Notes: a model not told the origin generated them from the sequence alone. Counted from the first letter of the whole stretch, positions 7,592-17,189 are shown. The stretch is DNA of 19,642 bases, filler included, from Pseudomonadota bacterium (GCA_043825735.1; 3 parts of 3 records of this genome joined end to end with filler, not necessarily neighbours in it); one strand, 5' to 3'. Numbers and translations: made by a program.

Positions 7592-10500
7592 TTATGTTTT
7601 GGGCAGTCGCGCATAAACTCTTTGACCGAGGCCTTTCGTCACCAAATTCTGAAATTCCCTATCGTTCATGAATTTGGCGAAGAGTTCTTCGTTCATTTCC
7701 ATGCGGTCAATAAACAAGGATTCCAGGACCTGTCTGAAAACGAGCTGGAACTTATCAATAGGGTTAACCTGAGCCGCCTGTTGCAGCGAATCATCCATAA
7801 CGGCTTCTTCAACAATCTGATCAAAAAATAGCTGGTCCGCTTCATTAAAATCCGTGCCGAATCTTTCGTTAATCACATCAATGAGCCGGGAGAAGGGCAG
7901 GATTTCTTCTCGGACCATGCCACTGCCGACCTCCTTGGGGCCATCAAGCGGATAGGCTTTTCCTTCCTTCAGGCTGATGGACCCCTCGTTGATTTTTTGA
8001 AGTCGGTAATATTCCAAACGCACATCGTCATCAAAGTGATAGCCAGGCCCGGATGAGCGTTTCGGCAGCTTTGACGCCAAGTGCCGTAAGTAGGTGTAAA
8101 GGCGCTCCAGGTCACTGTCCTGATAGGGAATGATTTGCGAAAGGAACACATACAGATTTCGAAACGCATAGAGTTTGCCGCGCCATAGTTCGGCCTCATC
8201 CTCGTCGGTGCTTTGCAAGTCACGAAAGCGATCCACCGCAGGGTCCAGGGCCGCGTTCATTGCCTTGTGGTCTGCTGCACTTTGCCGTTCTTTCGGCTTA
8301 AAATAGACATCACAAAAATGCACCCCCTCTTCCGAAAGATAAATCCCCGATGCATCCAAATCTGCTTTGATCTCGTAAAGTCGTTCAGGCGCAACTTCTT
8401 CACCCATGATCGCCCCTTCGTAAAACTGCTTGAATGCCTCCTGAATTTCCTGGCGGTCATTGACGAAATCAAGAATAAAAGTGTCCTCCTTGAGCGGGTG
8501 GGTGCGATTCAACCGTGACAACGCCTGAACCGCCTGAATGCCGGCCAACCTCTTGTCCACATACATGGTATGCAGCAACGGCTGGTCAAAACCAGTCTGG
8601 TACTTTTCGGCCACCAGCAGCACCTGATATTCGGCAGTGGCAAATTTTTCGGGAAGCTGTTTTTCGCGAATGCCTTTATTCATTCCCTCTTCGGTATAGG
8701 TCTTGTTAGGCACCTTATCGTCAATCACCGTGCCGGAAAAGGCCACCAGTGTCTTGATGGGATAGCCTCTATCCCGGATGTAGCGGTCAAAGCTCTCCTT
8801 GTAGCGAACCGCTTCCAGGCGAGAGCCGGTGAGCACCATAGCCTTGGCGCGGCCACCGATTTTATGGCGGGTCATGGTATTGAAATGCTCCACCATGATT
8901 TCTGTTTTTTGGGCGATGTTATGCGGGTGAAGCCGCATGAAGCGCGCCAGCGCCTTGGCGGCCTTCTTTCGTTTCACATGGGGATCGTCCTCGCAAGACT
9001 TTAATAGTCTGTAGTAACTCTTATAGGTTGTGTAATTGAGGAGCACATCCATAATGAACCCCTCTTCAATGGCCTGCCGCATGGTATAGCGGTGAAACGG
9101 TTCTCCATTGCGACCGAAGACCGCCAGCGTCTTGTGCTTGGGTGTGGCGGTGAATGCATAGAAACAGATATTGGCTTGACGGCCTCGCTTGGCCATGCTG
9201 CGGTAAAGCTTCTCCAGGTGCGCCTCCCCCTCTTCCTCGGCCCGCCGACGGGCTTTTTCGCGAAGCTCTTCACCGCCCAGAACCTCTTTCAGGACCGTCG
9301 CTGTCTCACCGGACTGAGAGCTGTGTGCCTCATCGATAATCACGGCACACCGGCGCGTGGGCAAATGACCACTACCCGGTTCGCCGCGTTCCTCAGCAAG
9401 CTTGAGTAACTGTCTTGACACAAACGGAAATTTTTGCAGCGTGGTGACGATAATCGGTACTGCATTTTCCAGGGCCTCAGCTAATTGTTTAGAGTCCTCG
9501 TCGATCTTTTGCACCACACCCTGCCGGTGCTCGAACTGATAGATGGTGTCCTGGAGTTGCTTGTCCAGAACCAACCGGTCGGTCACCACGATCACGCTGT
9601 CGAAAACACGCTGATCGTCGGCATTATGCAAAGAGGAAAGGCGATGCGCCAGCCAGGCAATGGTATTGCTCTTGCCGCTGCCGGCCGAATGCTCGATCAA
9701 ATAGTTATAGCCCGGGCCTTTCTCTGCCGACGCGGAAACCAGTTGCCGCATGGCCTGAAGCTGATGATAGCGCGGAAAGATCATAGTTTCTTTTTTTAAC
9801 CGCTTGCCGTCATCGGTGATCCGTTCATCGATTTGGAGAAGCAGAAACCGGGCAAGCAGATCGAGCAGACTGTCCCGCTGGAGCACCTCCTCCCACAGAT
9901 AGGCCGTGCGGTAGGTTCGACCTTGTGGGTCAGGCGGATTTCCGGCGCCGCCGTTATATCCAAGATTAAACGGCAGAAAGTGGGTGGCGCTGCCCGCAAG
10001 TCGGGTGGTCATGTGCACCGCCTCCGTATCCACCGCAAAATGGACCAGAGACCGTTGCTTGTGCGCGAAAATCTTTTCTCTCGGGTCGCGATCACGCTGA
10101 TACTGGCGCATGGCATGTTCCACGGTCTGTCCGCTGAGAGGGTTTTTTAACTCCAGGGTGGCCACAGGAACGCCGTTGACGCTTAAGACCAAATCCAAAG
10201 ATTTTTCACTTTTGAGGCTATAATGAAGTTGCCGGGTCACCCCTATACAGTTGGCTGCGTACCGGGCCTCCAGTTCCGGATTCAGTCCGTGAGCCGCCCT
10301 GAAAAAAGCCACCCGCAAGGTACGGCCATAACACTTGAAACCATGGCGTAGCGTGGCCAGCGATCCATAAGTGTCCATCCACCTGCACAGATCGTTGAGA
10401 ACACGTTCACCGGTCTTCTCACCGTGCAGGGCCTCAAGTTTCTCCCACGCTTTGGTTTGGGTGGCGCGGATAAACGCCAGCGCCTGGTCCGGAAAGATGG

Positions 10501-10603
10501 CCTGTTCGCGGTCAAAGCCTTCTTTCGGAACGCTGATATGACCGTGTTCCAGCAGGTGGGATTCAATAATGGTTTCGAAGCTCTTTTCAGATGTCTTCGA
10601 CAT
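7592..10603 (-). CDS. hsdR: Type I restriction endonuclease subunit R
   Basis: Nuclease motif DLVLSVNGVPVATLELKN, Walker A HSAGSGKS, IIDEAH, FTATP, QTGFDQP and QALSRLNR. Start taken as ATG 10603 (MSKTSEK) with AAGGTGG RBS, not TTG 10621. Confidence 0.95.
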   Translation of the reverse strand: MSKTSEKSFETIIESHLLEHGHISVPKEGFDREQAIFPDQALAFIRATQTKAWEKLEALHGEKTGERVLNDLCRWMDTYGSLATLRHGFKCYGRTLRVAFFRAAHGLNPELEARYAANCIGVTRQLHYSLKSEKSLDLVLSVNGVPVATLELKNPLSGQTVEHAMRQYQRDRDPREKIFAHKQRSLVHFAVDTEAVHMTTRLAGSATHFLPFNLGYNGGAGNPPDPQGRTYRTAYLWEEVLQRDSLLDLLARFLLLQIDERITDDGKRLKKETMIFPRYHQLQAMRQLVSASAEKGPGYNYLIEHSAGSGKSNTIAWLAHRLSSLHNADDQRVFDSVIVVTDRLVLDKQLQDTIYQFEHRQGVVQKIDEDSKQLAEALENAVPIIVTTLQKFPFVSRQLLKLAEERGEPGSGHLPTRRCAVIIDEAHSSQSGETATVLKEVLGGEELREKARRRAEEEGEAHLEKLYRSMAKRGRQANICFYAFTATPKHKTLAVFGRNGEPFHRYTMRQAIEEGFIMDVLLNYTTYKSYYRLLKSCEDDPHVKRKKAAKALARFMRLHPHNIAQKTEIMVEHFNTMTRHKIGGRAKAMVLTGSRLEAVRYKESFDRYIRDRGYPIKTLVAFSGTVIDDKVPNKTYTEEGMNKGIREKQLPEKFATAEYQVLLVAEKYQTGFDQPLLHTMYVDKRLAGIQAVQALSRLNRTHPLKEDTFILDFVNDRQEIQEAFKQFYEGAIMGEEVAPERLYEIKADLDASGIYLSEEGVHFCDVYFKPKERQSAADHKAMNAALDPAVDRFRDLQSTDEDEAELWRGKLYAFRNLYVFLSQIIPYQDSDLERLYTYLRHLASKLPKRSSGPGYHFDDDVRLEYYRLQKINEGSISLKEGKAYPLDGPKEVGSGMVREEILPFSRLIDVINERFGTDFNEADQLFFDQIVEEAVMDDSLQQAAQVNPIDKFQLVFRQVLESLFIDRMEMNEELFAKFMNDREFQNLVTKGLGQRVYARLPKT

Positions 10604-10738
10604 GGGCAACCACCTTGTCAACGTATCAATAGGGTGCCGTGGGGTTCTTGTGACATGGCGCTACATTGGCAACTGCCTGTAAATAAACGTTTATATTCCA
10701 CATAGCCGGTTACGGCCCGCCTTTGGATGACATAATTC

Positions 10739-12187
10739 TTATGCCCAGAAAGGAACATAGCAGGCATCCCTCCGGGTTCCGCTGTGCAGCCGAATCAGGT
10801 CGGCATCAATGGTGTCGCTGATAATCCGTGACGCCAGGGGATAGCTCGATTCCTTGATACCCAGACGTTTGCGCAGTGTTGCATTCACCATGCGCTTCCC
10901 CGAAACATAAAAAAGGCAGGCATGCTGATAACAGGCACGGATGCGTTCTTCCCGATCCATCTGTGCAAACTGTCGGGGACCGTATAGAACGGAAACGGTG
11001 CTGCTCCCGGCAATTCGAAAATCAGGGGCCGGAAGCTGAAAGAGTTCAACATGAAAAATGACCTTGTCGATACCGCTGCCGCGCTCTTCGCAAATATTCA
11101 TGCGTCGCATGATTGCAGCCAAGGCTTCGTTACGGGAACGCGGCGGTTCGTCAATGAAACGCAGGGTATCAATAAGGGGAACTCCGGGATTGGAAATTTC
11201 CATCCGGTCCGTGAAGATTTCCACCATGGGTCCTGCGCCGGTGATGTTGAAATCCTGATGAATGAGGGCATTGGCAACCAGTTCCCGGACCGCGATTTCG
11301 GGAACCAAGCGAATTTCCTGGCGAAGGGCCTGACCGATCTGCTCGTTTTGAGGAAGCTGGTCGTTGATGTATGCGATGGCGCCTTCAAAACCGATGGCAT
11401 AGCCTTTGCCGCCCATCTGCTCTTTAATTGTCTCGACGCGGTTGTCTCCGTGGTAAATGATCACCCGGAGCGCTTTTCTGGCCAACCTTTCAAATTCATT
11501 TAAATTCCGTGCAAAAAGAACGGCTCCAACATTGGTGATCGCATGCCTTCCCCGGCCTTTGGGAACGATAACCTTCTCTGAAGTCAACCGCTCAAGGATG
11601 GCCTTTCGGTTTTCCGGCAGGGGCTGTTTCATCAGCCGAAAATAGTTCGGATAATCGATTAGCGCCAGAACCTCGTCGGACGTCGCATCGTCCATGGCCA
11701 ATCCTTTTTCAAAGGGCCTCCGCTCAAATACCCGCCACAGCTCCCGTTCCTTTTCGGGATGATCCTGGAGTTTCTTTTTGTAGGTACCGATTCTAATATA
11801 GGCCACTCCTTTGAACCGGACCGGTCTGTTCGGGGCGGACTGTATCTCAAAAAGCACAATCGGACATCCGTCCACCGTACCTTCATGGATGTTCACCATC
11901 ACACGCGGATCGAGTTGGGTCGACAGCCAGTTTTCCAGTTCTTCGTTGCCGACTTTTTTCTGGTGCGGCCGGAAAGTGGTTCCGACGATCCGTCTGGTGC
12001 CGTCCTCAACCCCCCACAGAATGTAGGCGGAAGGCTTGCCAAGAAGGGCCACCGAGTTGGACAATGCCGAAAGGTATTCGCCGAGCTCTTCGGGGACCAC
12101 TTTGTTGTGCTTGAACTCGACCCATTCCGTTTCCCGGCTAAGGGCCGTCAATTCACGCACAAGGGCCTGGAATTGGCTGTCATCCAT
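10739..12187 (-). CDS. Schlafen/AlbA_2 domain + HATPase_c_4 (RecG C-terminal-like) + winged-helix protein, 482 aa
   Basis: N-terminal ETEWVEFK (ExxxxExK), SALSN and YILWGVED are AlbA_2/Schlafen core motifs. RELVANALIHQDF, EISNPG and EERGSGIDK are HATPase_c_4 motifs. C-terminal wHTH-like segment NATLRKRLGI...ASRIISDTIDADLI. ATG overlaps the hsdS stop (TAATG). Confidence 0.85.
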   Translation of the reverse strand: MDDSQFQALVRELTALSRETEWVEFKHNKVVPEELGEYLSALSNSVALLGKPSAYILWGVEDGTRRIVGTTFRPHQKKVGNEELENWLSTQLDPRVMVNIHEGTVDGCPIVLFEIQSAPNRPVRFKGVAYIRIGTYKKKLQDHPEKERELWRVFERRPFEKGLAMDDATSDEVLALIDYPNYFRLMKQPLPENRKAILERLTSEKVIVPKGRGRHAITNVGAVLFARNLNEFERLARKALRVIIYHGDNRVETIKEQMGGKGYAIGFEGAIAYINDQLPQNEQIGQALRQEIRLVPEIAVRELVANALIHQDFNITGAGPMVEIFTDRMEISNPGVPLIDTLRFIDEPPRSRNEALAAIMRRMNICEERGSGIDKVIFHVELFQLPAPDFRIAGSSTVSVLYGPRQFAQMDREERIRACYQHACLFYVSGKRMVNATLRKRLGIKESSYPLASRIISDTIDADLIRLHSGTRRDACYVPFWA

Positions 12188-13533
12188 TATGCCGCCTCCC
12201 CGCTTACATTGAGTTGACCCGTCACCGCCGCGGTGATCAGGGCGCTGCGGCGTTCTTTTAACAGCGCTATGGATTTGTTTAACGCGGCTTCCATCTCGGC
12301 CGTTTGTTGTCGATCATTGGCGATGGCATCAATAATCTGTTGCTGCTCCTCCACGAGTGGAACCGGCAGCCGAACTTCATAGAGCCCTTCTGGATAAAGT
12401 CGTAAGCGTGATGACCACACACCCTTTGAGAATCGGGTCACTTCTTTGGCGAAAACGGGCATACGAACGAGTGCGTCCACATAGCCGGGAAGAAGCTCCG
12501 ACGACAGCTCGTAGACATGGTAGGCCGGACTTACGATGCCTGACTCCCACGCAATGCCCATGGCTCCCATCCAGGCCCATAAAGTATTGATTACAAGGTT
12601 TCCAGGATAACAGAGCTTATATCCTTCAGTCGATTCCGCCTCAAACATGTACACTTCTTTTTCAGAGCGTTTCGTTACACCTGTAATATGCGAAACGGTC
12701 AATAGTTCTTCGTCGCCGGTTACCGATCTTTCGTCCCGCTCCTTTAAAACCTGTTTTGAACGCTTCACTTTCCAGTGCACCGGGATGTCCCCCAGCCAGG
12801 GATGCCCGGAGGGTTTTAGGGGAACATCTGGTTCAAGTCCCCGCGTGACGGTACGACTGATCAGCGCGGCCCGCTTCTCCGCCAAAAGCGCCAACATGTG
12901 TTGTTTTTCCTTGATCAATGTGTCGATTTGGGATGTTTCCCTATCAAGGTAGTTGGCAATTTGCATTTGCTTGTTCAGCGGAAGAATTGGAAGGTAAAGT
13001 TGTCCAATCTGCTCTTCATTTAAAGACGGTACTGCACCAGGATTAACTATCTCAACAAATTTTAAAGTTGAAAGAGCATAAAGAATAAAGCGGTGCTGAG
13101 CTTGGGCAGTATTAACCATAAAGCCCATCATGTTGTTATCTATACATGAATCTTGACCTAATAAGCGAAAACGATTTAATAAAAGAGCTGCTCCAACTTT
13201 TGCAAAAGTTATCGTTTCTCTGGGAAAAACATACGCTCCAAGTTTCTTTGCTGTTGCCTTAGAGACACTGTTGTCAGTTGCTGTCATCCAGTCAAGGCGA
13301 TCAGCTTTACCAATATCTTTGACTTTAAAAAACGGAATTTCTTCATTTGAAAGGCCTTGTTCATCATGAGGGAAGCCCGCCCCTCCCTTAAGCCGCCCAA
13401 GAAATTTTAATCGCATTAATTTACAGTCATTATGTGGTAAAGTTACGGAATTTGTTTGCCTCATATTAAGATTCGGCAGACAATCCATTGAATACTTAAA
13501 ATTTGCTTCATCATTGTGTCGGGTTGGCTTCAC
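12187..13533 (-). CDS. hsdS: Type I RM specificity subunit S
   Basis: Two TRDs separated by the conserved region QMQIANYLDRETSQIDTLI...KRAALISRTVTRGL..PSGHPWLGDIPVHW; C-terminal EQQQI...LLKERRSALITAAVTGQ. GTG start overlaps the hsdM stop (GTGA), with GGAGG 7 nt upstream. Confidence 0.93.
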   Translation of the reverse strand: MKPTRHNDEANFKYSMDCLPNLNMRQTNSVTLPHNDCKLMRLKFLGRLKGGAGFPHDEQGLSNEEIPFFKVKDIGKADRLDWMTATDNSVSKATAKKLGAYVFPRETITFAKVGAALLLNRFRLLGQDSCIDNNMMGFMVNTAQAQHRFILYALSTLKFVEIVNPGAVPSLNEEQIGQLYLPILPLNKQMQIANYLDRETSQIDTLIKEKQHMLALLAEKRAALISRTVTRGLEPDVPLKPSGHPWLGDIPVHWKVKRSKQVLKERDERSVTGDEELLTVSHITGVTKRSEKEVYMFEAESTEGYKLCYPGNLVINTLWAWMGAMGIAWESGIVSPAYHVYELSSELLPGYVDALVRMPVFAKEVTRFSKGVWSSRLRLYPEGLYEVRLPVPLVEEQQQIIDAIANDRQQTAEMEAALNKSIALLKERRSALITAAVTGQLNVSGEAA

Positions 13534-15638
13534 TCCGTCACCTCCTTGAGTAATTCAAGGATAAGCTTTTCCACCGCTGCCAGCTCGGAATCGATCTCCT
13601 CCAGCGGTCTTGGCGCCTGGTACCGAAAGAACTCTCGGTTGAAGTTGATCTCGTAGCCCTTCTTGCCGATGCCGCCGTCCTGCTCGTCCACGGTATCGCG
13701 CTTGATCCAGGCGTCTGGAACAAAGGGCTGCACCTCACGGAGAAAGAAGGAAATAATATCCTCCTTAAGCGTGATGTTTTCAAAGTCGCGCAGGGCCGGA
13801 TCGGGCTCGTACTCCACGGCCTTGACCTTTTTGCCGGTCTTGACGGGATAAATACCGCAAATGGTATTCAGAGTGTCGGACTTAATATCGGCAGGCAATT
13901 TTTGGCAGGGAAAGAGTGCCGGGCTGATTTCATCAAAGGATTTTAACTGTTTGGCAATAACCGGCCGCGCTTCCGGGTCCACGAAGGTGAAGCATTGTCG
14001 GAAGAGTTTTTTGTTGGCCACGGTCCATTTGACATCATTTTCCTTGGCCATAAGCTGTACATCGGTCCAGATGTCGTTCCAGTCGTCGTAAGGCTCGCTG
14101 CCCAACGCTGTTTCCATGGCCTGCACCACAGCATCGAGAAACTCCGGACAGGCATCAAGGAACGACTCCTTACCCTGATCAGTGATATGGAAGCACAACC
14201 GCAGCGGACGCTCTATGGTGATGCGGCGAAAGCCGAAGTGGGCATTGTCAAAAACCTTGCTGGTATCGGTATTGGCAAATCGGCCGTGCTCACGGGTCAA
14301 GTCTTCAATGATCTCATCCGTGAGATAGCGGCGCTTGTCGCCCAGACTTCGTCGCATGGGCGCCCAGCGCTCGCGGCCGTCAATGAGCTGGATTTTTCCC
14401 TTTCGTTTCTTCTCCTTGCGGTTGGTCACCACCCAGATGAAAGTGCCGATACCGGTATTGTAAAACATCTGTTCTGGCAGAGCCACGATAGCTTCCAGCC
14501 AGTCGTTTTCGATAATCCAGCGCCGGATCGCGCTCTCGCCGGAGCCTGCCCCGCCGGTAAACAGCGGTGAGCCGTTAAAGACGATGGCACAACGGGAGCC
14601 GTATTTTTTCTGTTCCGGTACGACAAGCTGAAAGTGCCCGATCATGTGAAGCAGAAAAAGCAGCGCACCGTCATTCACCCGTGGCAGCTTGCCCGTATAG
14701 CCGCGAAAGCTGGACAACTTGTCGATCTCTTTTTTCTCCGCCTTCCAGTCCACGCCGAACGGCGGATTGGCCAACAGATAGTCGAAACGCTCACCGGCAA
14801 ACCTGTCTTCGGTCAGGGTGTTGCCAAACTCGATACGGCTGTCCTTGTGGCCTTTGATCAATAAATCGGAAGCTGCCACGGCATAGGAACGTGGGTTATA
14901 ATCCTGGCCGCGCACGATGACCCGGGCGCTCTCGTTGTGCTCTCGAATCCAGTTTTGGGACTCGGACAGCATGCCCCCGGTTCCGCAGGCCGGGTCGCAA
15001 ATCGTTGTGATCACCCCCGGTGTGGTCAGGATATGCGCATCCGGTTCCAGCAGCATGTTGACCATGAGCCGGATCACTTCCCGAGGGGTGAAGTGATCGC
15101 CTGCCGTCTCATTGGCCGCTTCATTGAAACGCCGGATAAGGTCCTCGAAAATGAGCCCCATGGTGATGTTGCCCACCCGTTTGGGATGCAGATCCATCTC
15201 GGCAAACTTGGAGACAACCAGATAGAGGCGGTTGGCCTCCTCCAGCTTTTCAATCTCTTTTTCAAATTCAAAATATTCAAGAATCTTGCGGACATTCTCG
15301 GAAAAGCCAGCAATGTAATCCGTAAGATGGCGGCCGATGTTGTCCGGATCGCCCTTAAGCTTGGGAAAGTCGAGATCGCTGTGATTATGAAACCCGAACT
15401 TATCACCGTTGCCGGCAACCTTATTCAAGATGGGGTCTATATTTTTAACCTTACCGTCCTTGATCTGTTTATAGCGCTTGACAACCGCCGCCTTGGTTGG
15501 CGCCAGCACACAATCAAAACGCCGCAGAACGGTCATGGGCAGCATCACGCGCTCGTATTGCGGTGGCCGGTAAGGTCCTCGCAGCAAATCAGCCACAGAC
15601 CAGATGAAGTTCGAAAGTTCCTGAAAGTTGGCGGACAT
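13530..15638 (-). CDS. hsdM: Type I RM N6-adenine methyltransferase subunit M (long form, 702 aa)
   Basis: FIWSVADLLRG, GDHFTPREV, motif I DPACGTGGML, motif IV NPPFG, FYNTGI and GYEINFNREFF; RBS AGGAGA. Confidence 0.95.
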   Translation of the reverse strand: MSANFQELSNFIWSVADLLRGPYRPPQYERVMLPMTVLRRFDCVLAPTKAAVVKRYKQIKDGKVKNIDPILNKVAGNGDKFGFHNHSDLDFPKLKGDPDNIGRHLTDYIAGFSENVRKILEYFEFEKEIEKLEEANRLYLVVSKFAEMDLHPKRVGNITMGLIFEDLIRRFNEAANETAGDHFTPREVIRLMVNMLLEPDAHILTTPGVITTICDPACGTGGMLSESQNWIREHNESARVIVRGQDYNPRSYAVAASDLLIKGHKDSRIEFGNTLTEDRFAGERFDYLLANPPFGVDWKAEKKEIDKLSSFRGYTGKLPRVNDGALLFLLHMIGHFQLVVPEQKKYGSRCAIVFNGSPLFTGGAGSGESAIRRWIIENDWLEAIVALPEQMFYNTGIGTFIWVVTNRKEKKRKGKIQLIDGRERWAPMRRSLGDKRRYLTDEIIEDLTREHGRFANTDTSKVFDNAHFGFRRITIERPLRLCFHITDQGKESFLDACPEFLDAVVQAMETALGSEPYDDWNDIWTDVQLMAKENDVKWTVANKKLFRQCFTFVDPEARPVIAKQLKSFDEISPALFPCQKLPADIKSDTLNTICGIYPVKTGKKVKAVEYEPDPALRDFENITLKEDIISFFLREVQPFVPDAWIKRDTVDEQDGGIGKKGYEINFNREFFRYQAPRPLEEIDSELAAVEKLILELLKEVTE

Positions 15639-15770
15639 TTAGATGCTCTCCTGATACACTCAAACAATTCCCGTTTTGTCACGTTTCGCCAATGCCAAAA
15701 AACCTAGTGCTTCCATCTTTTCACAAAACGCATCCAACTGGGCCTGGGCCAGCTTGGAATGCTTACGGAT

Positions 15771-15798
15771 GTTATATCAACCGCTATAAAAAAGTCAA
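15771..15798 (-). promoter_or_regulatory. putative sigma70 promoter of the hsd operon
   Basis: Minus strand TTGACT (15798-15793), 16-nt spacer ending in TGa (extended -10), TATAAC (15776-15771), about 130 bp upstream of hsdM. Confidence 0.55.
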
Positions 15799-15874
15799 AC
15801 TGCTTCAGTATTAAGCCGGTTGCAGCTTTATTTCGGCAGTCCCGTTGGGTTAAGCGAAAAAAACAGGGTGTTGA

Positions 15875-16947
15875 TTATTCAGAAAGATTCTTTTCCCCAT
15901 TCCCCCGCAGTGTCACGCGGAGAATCTCGCCGGGACGCCAGAGTCTCATGCGCGGTCCCCATGTGCCCGTACCTCTGCATACGATAACTGTCATACCATC
16001 CACCTTGTAACGTCCCTCCAACAGTGGGTATCGGCCGCGGACCAGATAGTCGAACGGCCAGATCTGCCCTCCGTGGGTGTGGCCGGACAGCATCAGCCCG
16101 GCGCCGGCCGTGGCCGCTCTTTCGGCCTGCCATGGCATATGCGAAAGCAGGATGGTCGCACCGGGAGGGCGACCCGCGAGCGCTTGCGAAATGGGATCGC
16201 CGCCCTGGCCATTTCGGCGTATGGCGGTAAGATCCTCCACGCCGGCCAGAACGAGACCGGGTCGGACAGTCTCCCATCGGTTGCGCAGCAGCTTAAAACC
16301 TGCTTTCTCCATCAGGCCGGTGTCACCTCCCCCGTGGGATTCGTGGTTGCCGGGGACGGCCCAAACACCCAGGGGTGCGGAGAGGTGCCTGAATAATTCA
16401 ATCAGCCGATCTTCGGGTGGACCATGCCCTTCGAAGATATCGCCGAGTAAAACCACAAGGTCGGGCCGCTGCGCCTTTACCTGGGCGAGCCGAGCCGTCA
16501 GCCAGCGCTCGCCGAGCTGCGAACCGAGGTGCGTGTCGGACAGGGCGACGAGCACGGTTCCGTCCATGGCATCGGGAAGTCCGGGAAGGCTCACCTCGTA
16601 TTTTTCGACCACCGGCGGACGCAGACCCTGAAAGAGCGCGATTGCCGAAAGCACTGCACCTGCTGACAATGCACATCCCCGCAGCGAGGGAGATAACCGG
16701 GGCACGAGGAATCCGAAGAGGGTGGCGAGATCTGTCGCAAACAGAGGGATAAACATAAGGAATAGAACGCCCATCCAGTTCATCCCGAGGAATTCAAGCG
16801 TTCCGGCCGGGACTCCCGTTCCGCCGTGCCCGATGACGCGGCCGAAGAAAAAAACAGTCCACAGGATCACACCCGTCCCGATGAGGATCTTTCGGGACAC
16901 GTGCCGGTCCACAAACGGCACGGTGGCGGCCCGCCAGAAAACATAGA
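15875..16947 (-). CDS. membrane-anchored calcineurin-like metallophosphoesterase (YkuE/YkoQ-like); 5' end lost in the gap
   Basis: SDTHLG, LGDIFE, PGNHE, LSHMP and LSGHTHGGQ metal-binding motifs with N-terminal TM helices. The frame stays open upstream of 16921 (YVFWRAATVPF) up to the gap. Confidence 0.9.
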
Positions 16948-17047
16948 NNNNNNNNNNNNNNNNNNNNNNNNNNNNNNNNNNNNNNNNNNNNTTAATTAAT
17001 TAANNNNNNNNNNNNNNNNNNNNNNNNNNNNNNNNNNNNNNNNNNNN
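16948..17047. other. artificial contig/scaffold linker
   Basis: 44 N + TTAATTAATTAA + 44 N, identical to the first linker. Confidence 0.97.
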
Positions 17048-17189
17048 TGAGTTTATTTCCGATAATGGAACTGTCTTGCCTTGCCAAATATCCGCAATTT
17101 GGGCACTTCCGCCGCCGGATGACTTCATGTCGCCGCTCCTGCCGCGTTTCGATCACCGGCAGCCTGCCGCCGCATCCGGGGCATTTCAA
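17048..17189 (-). CDS. small Zn-ribbon protein (NrdR N-terminal-like / Ogr-Delta-like putative regulator); runs into the gap
   Basis: TTG 17189 overlaps the upstream stop (TTGA); MKCPGCGGRLPVIETRQERRHEVIRRRKCPNCGY has two CxxC pairs and an IRRR tract. Confidence 0.65.

Noticed and set aside
12187..13533. Phase-variable or invertible hsdS (shufflon)
   Set aside because: Single hsdS copy; no recombinase, silent TRD cassette or simple-sequence repeat tract was seen.
15875..16947. Metallophosphoesterase as a component of the defence island
   Set aside because: Membrane-anchored YkuE-like housekeeping type, separated from hsdM by an intergenic region with its own promoter; more likely the island flank.
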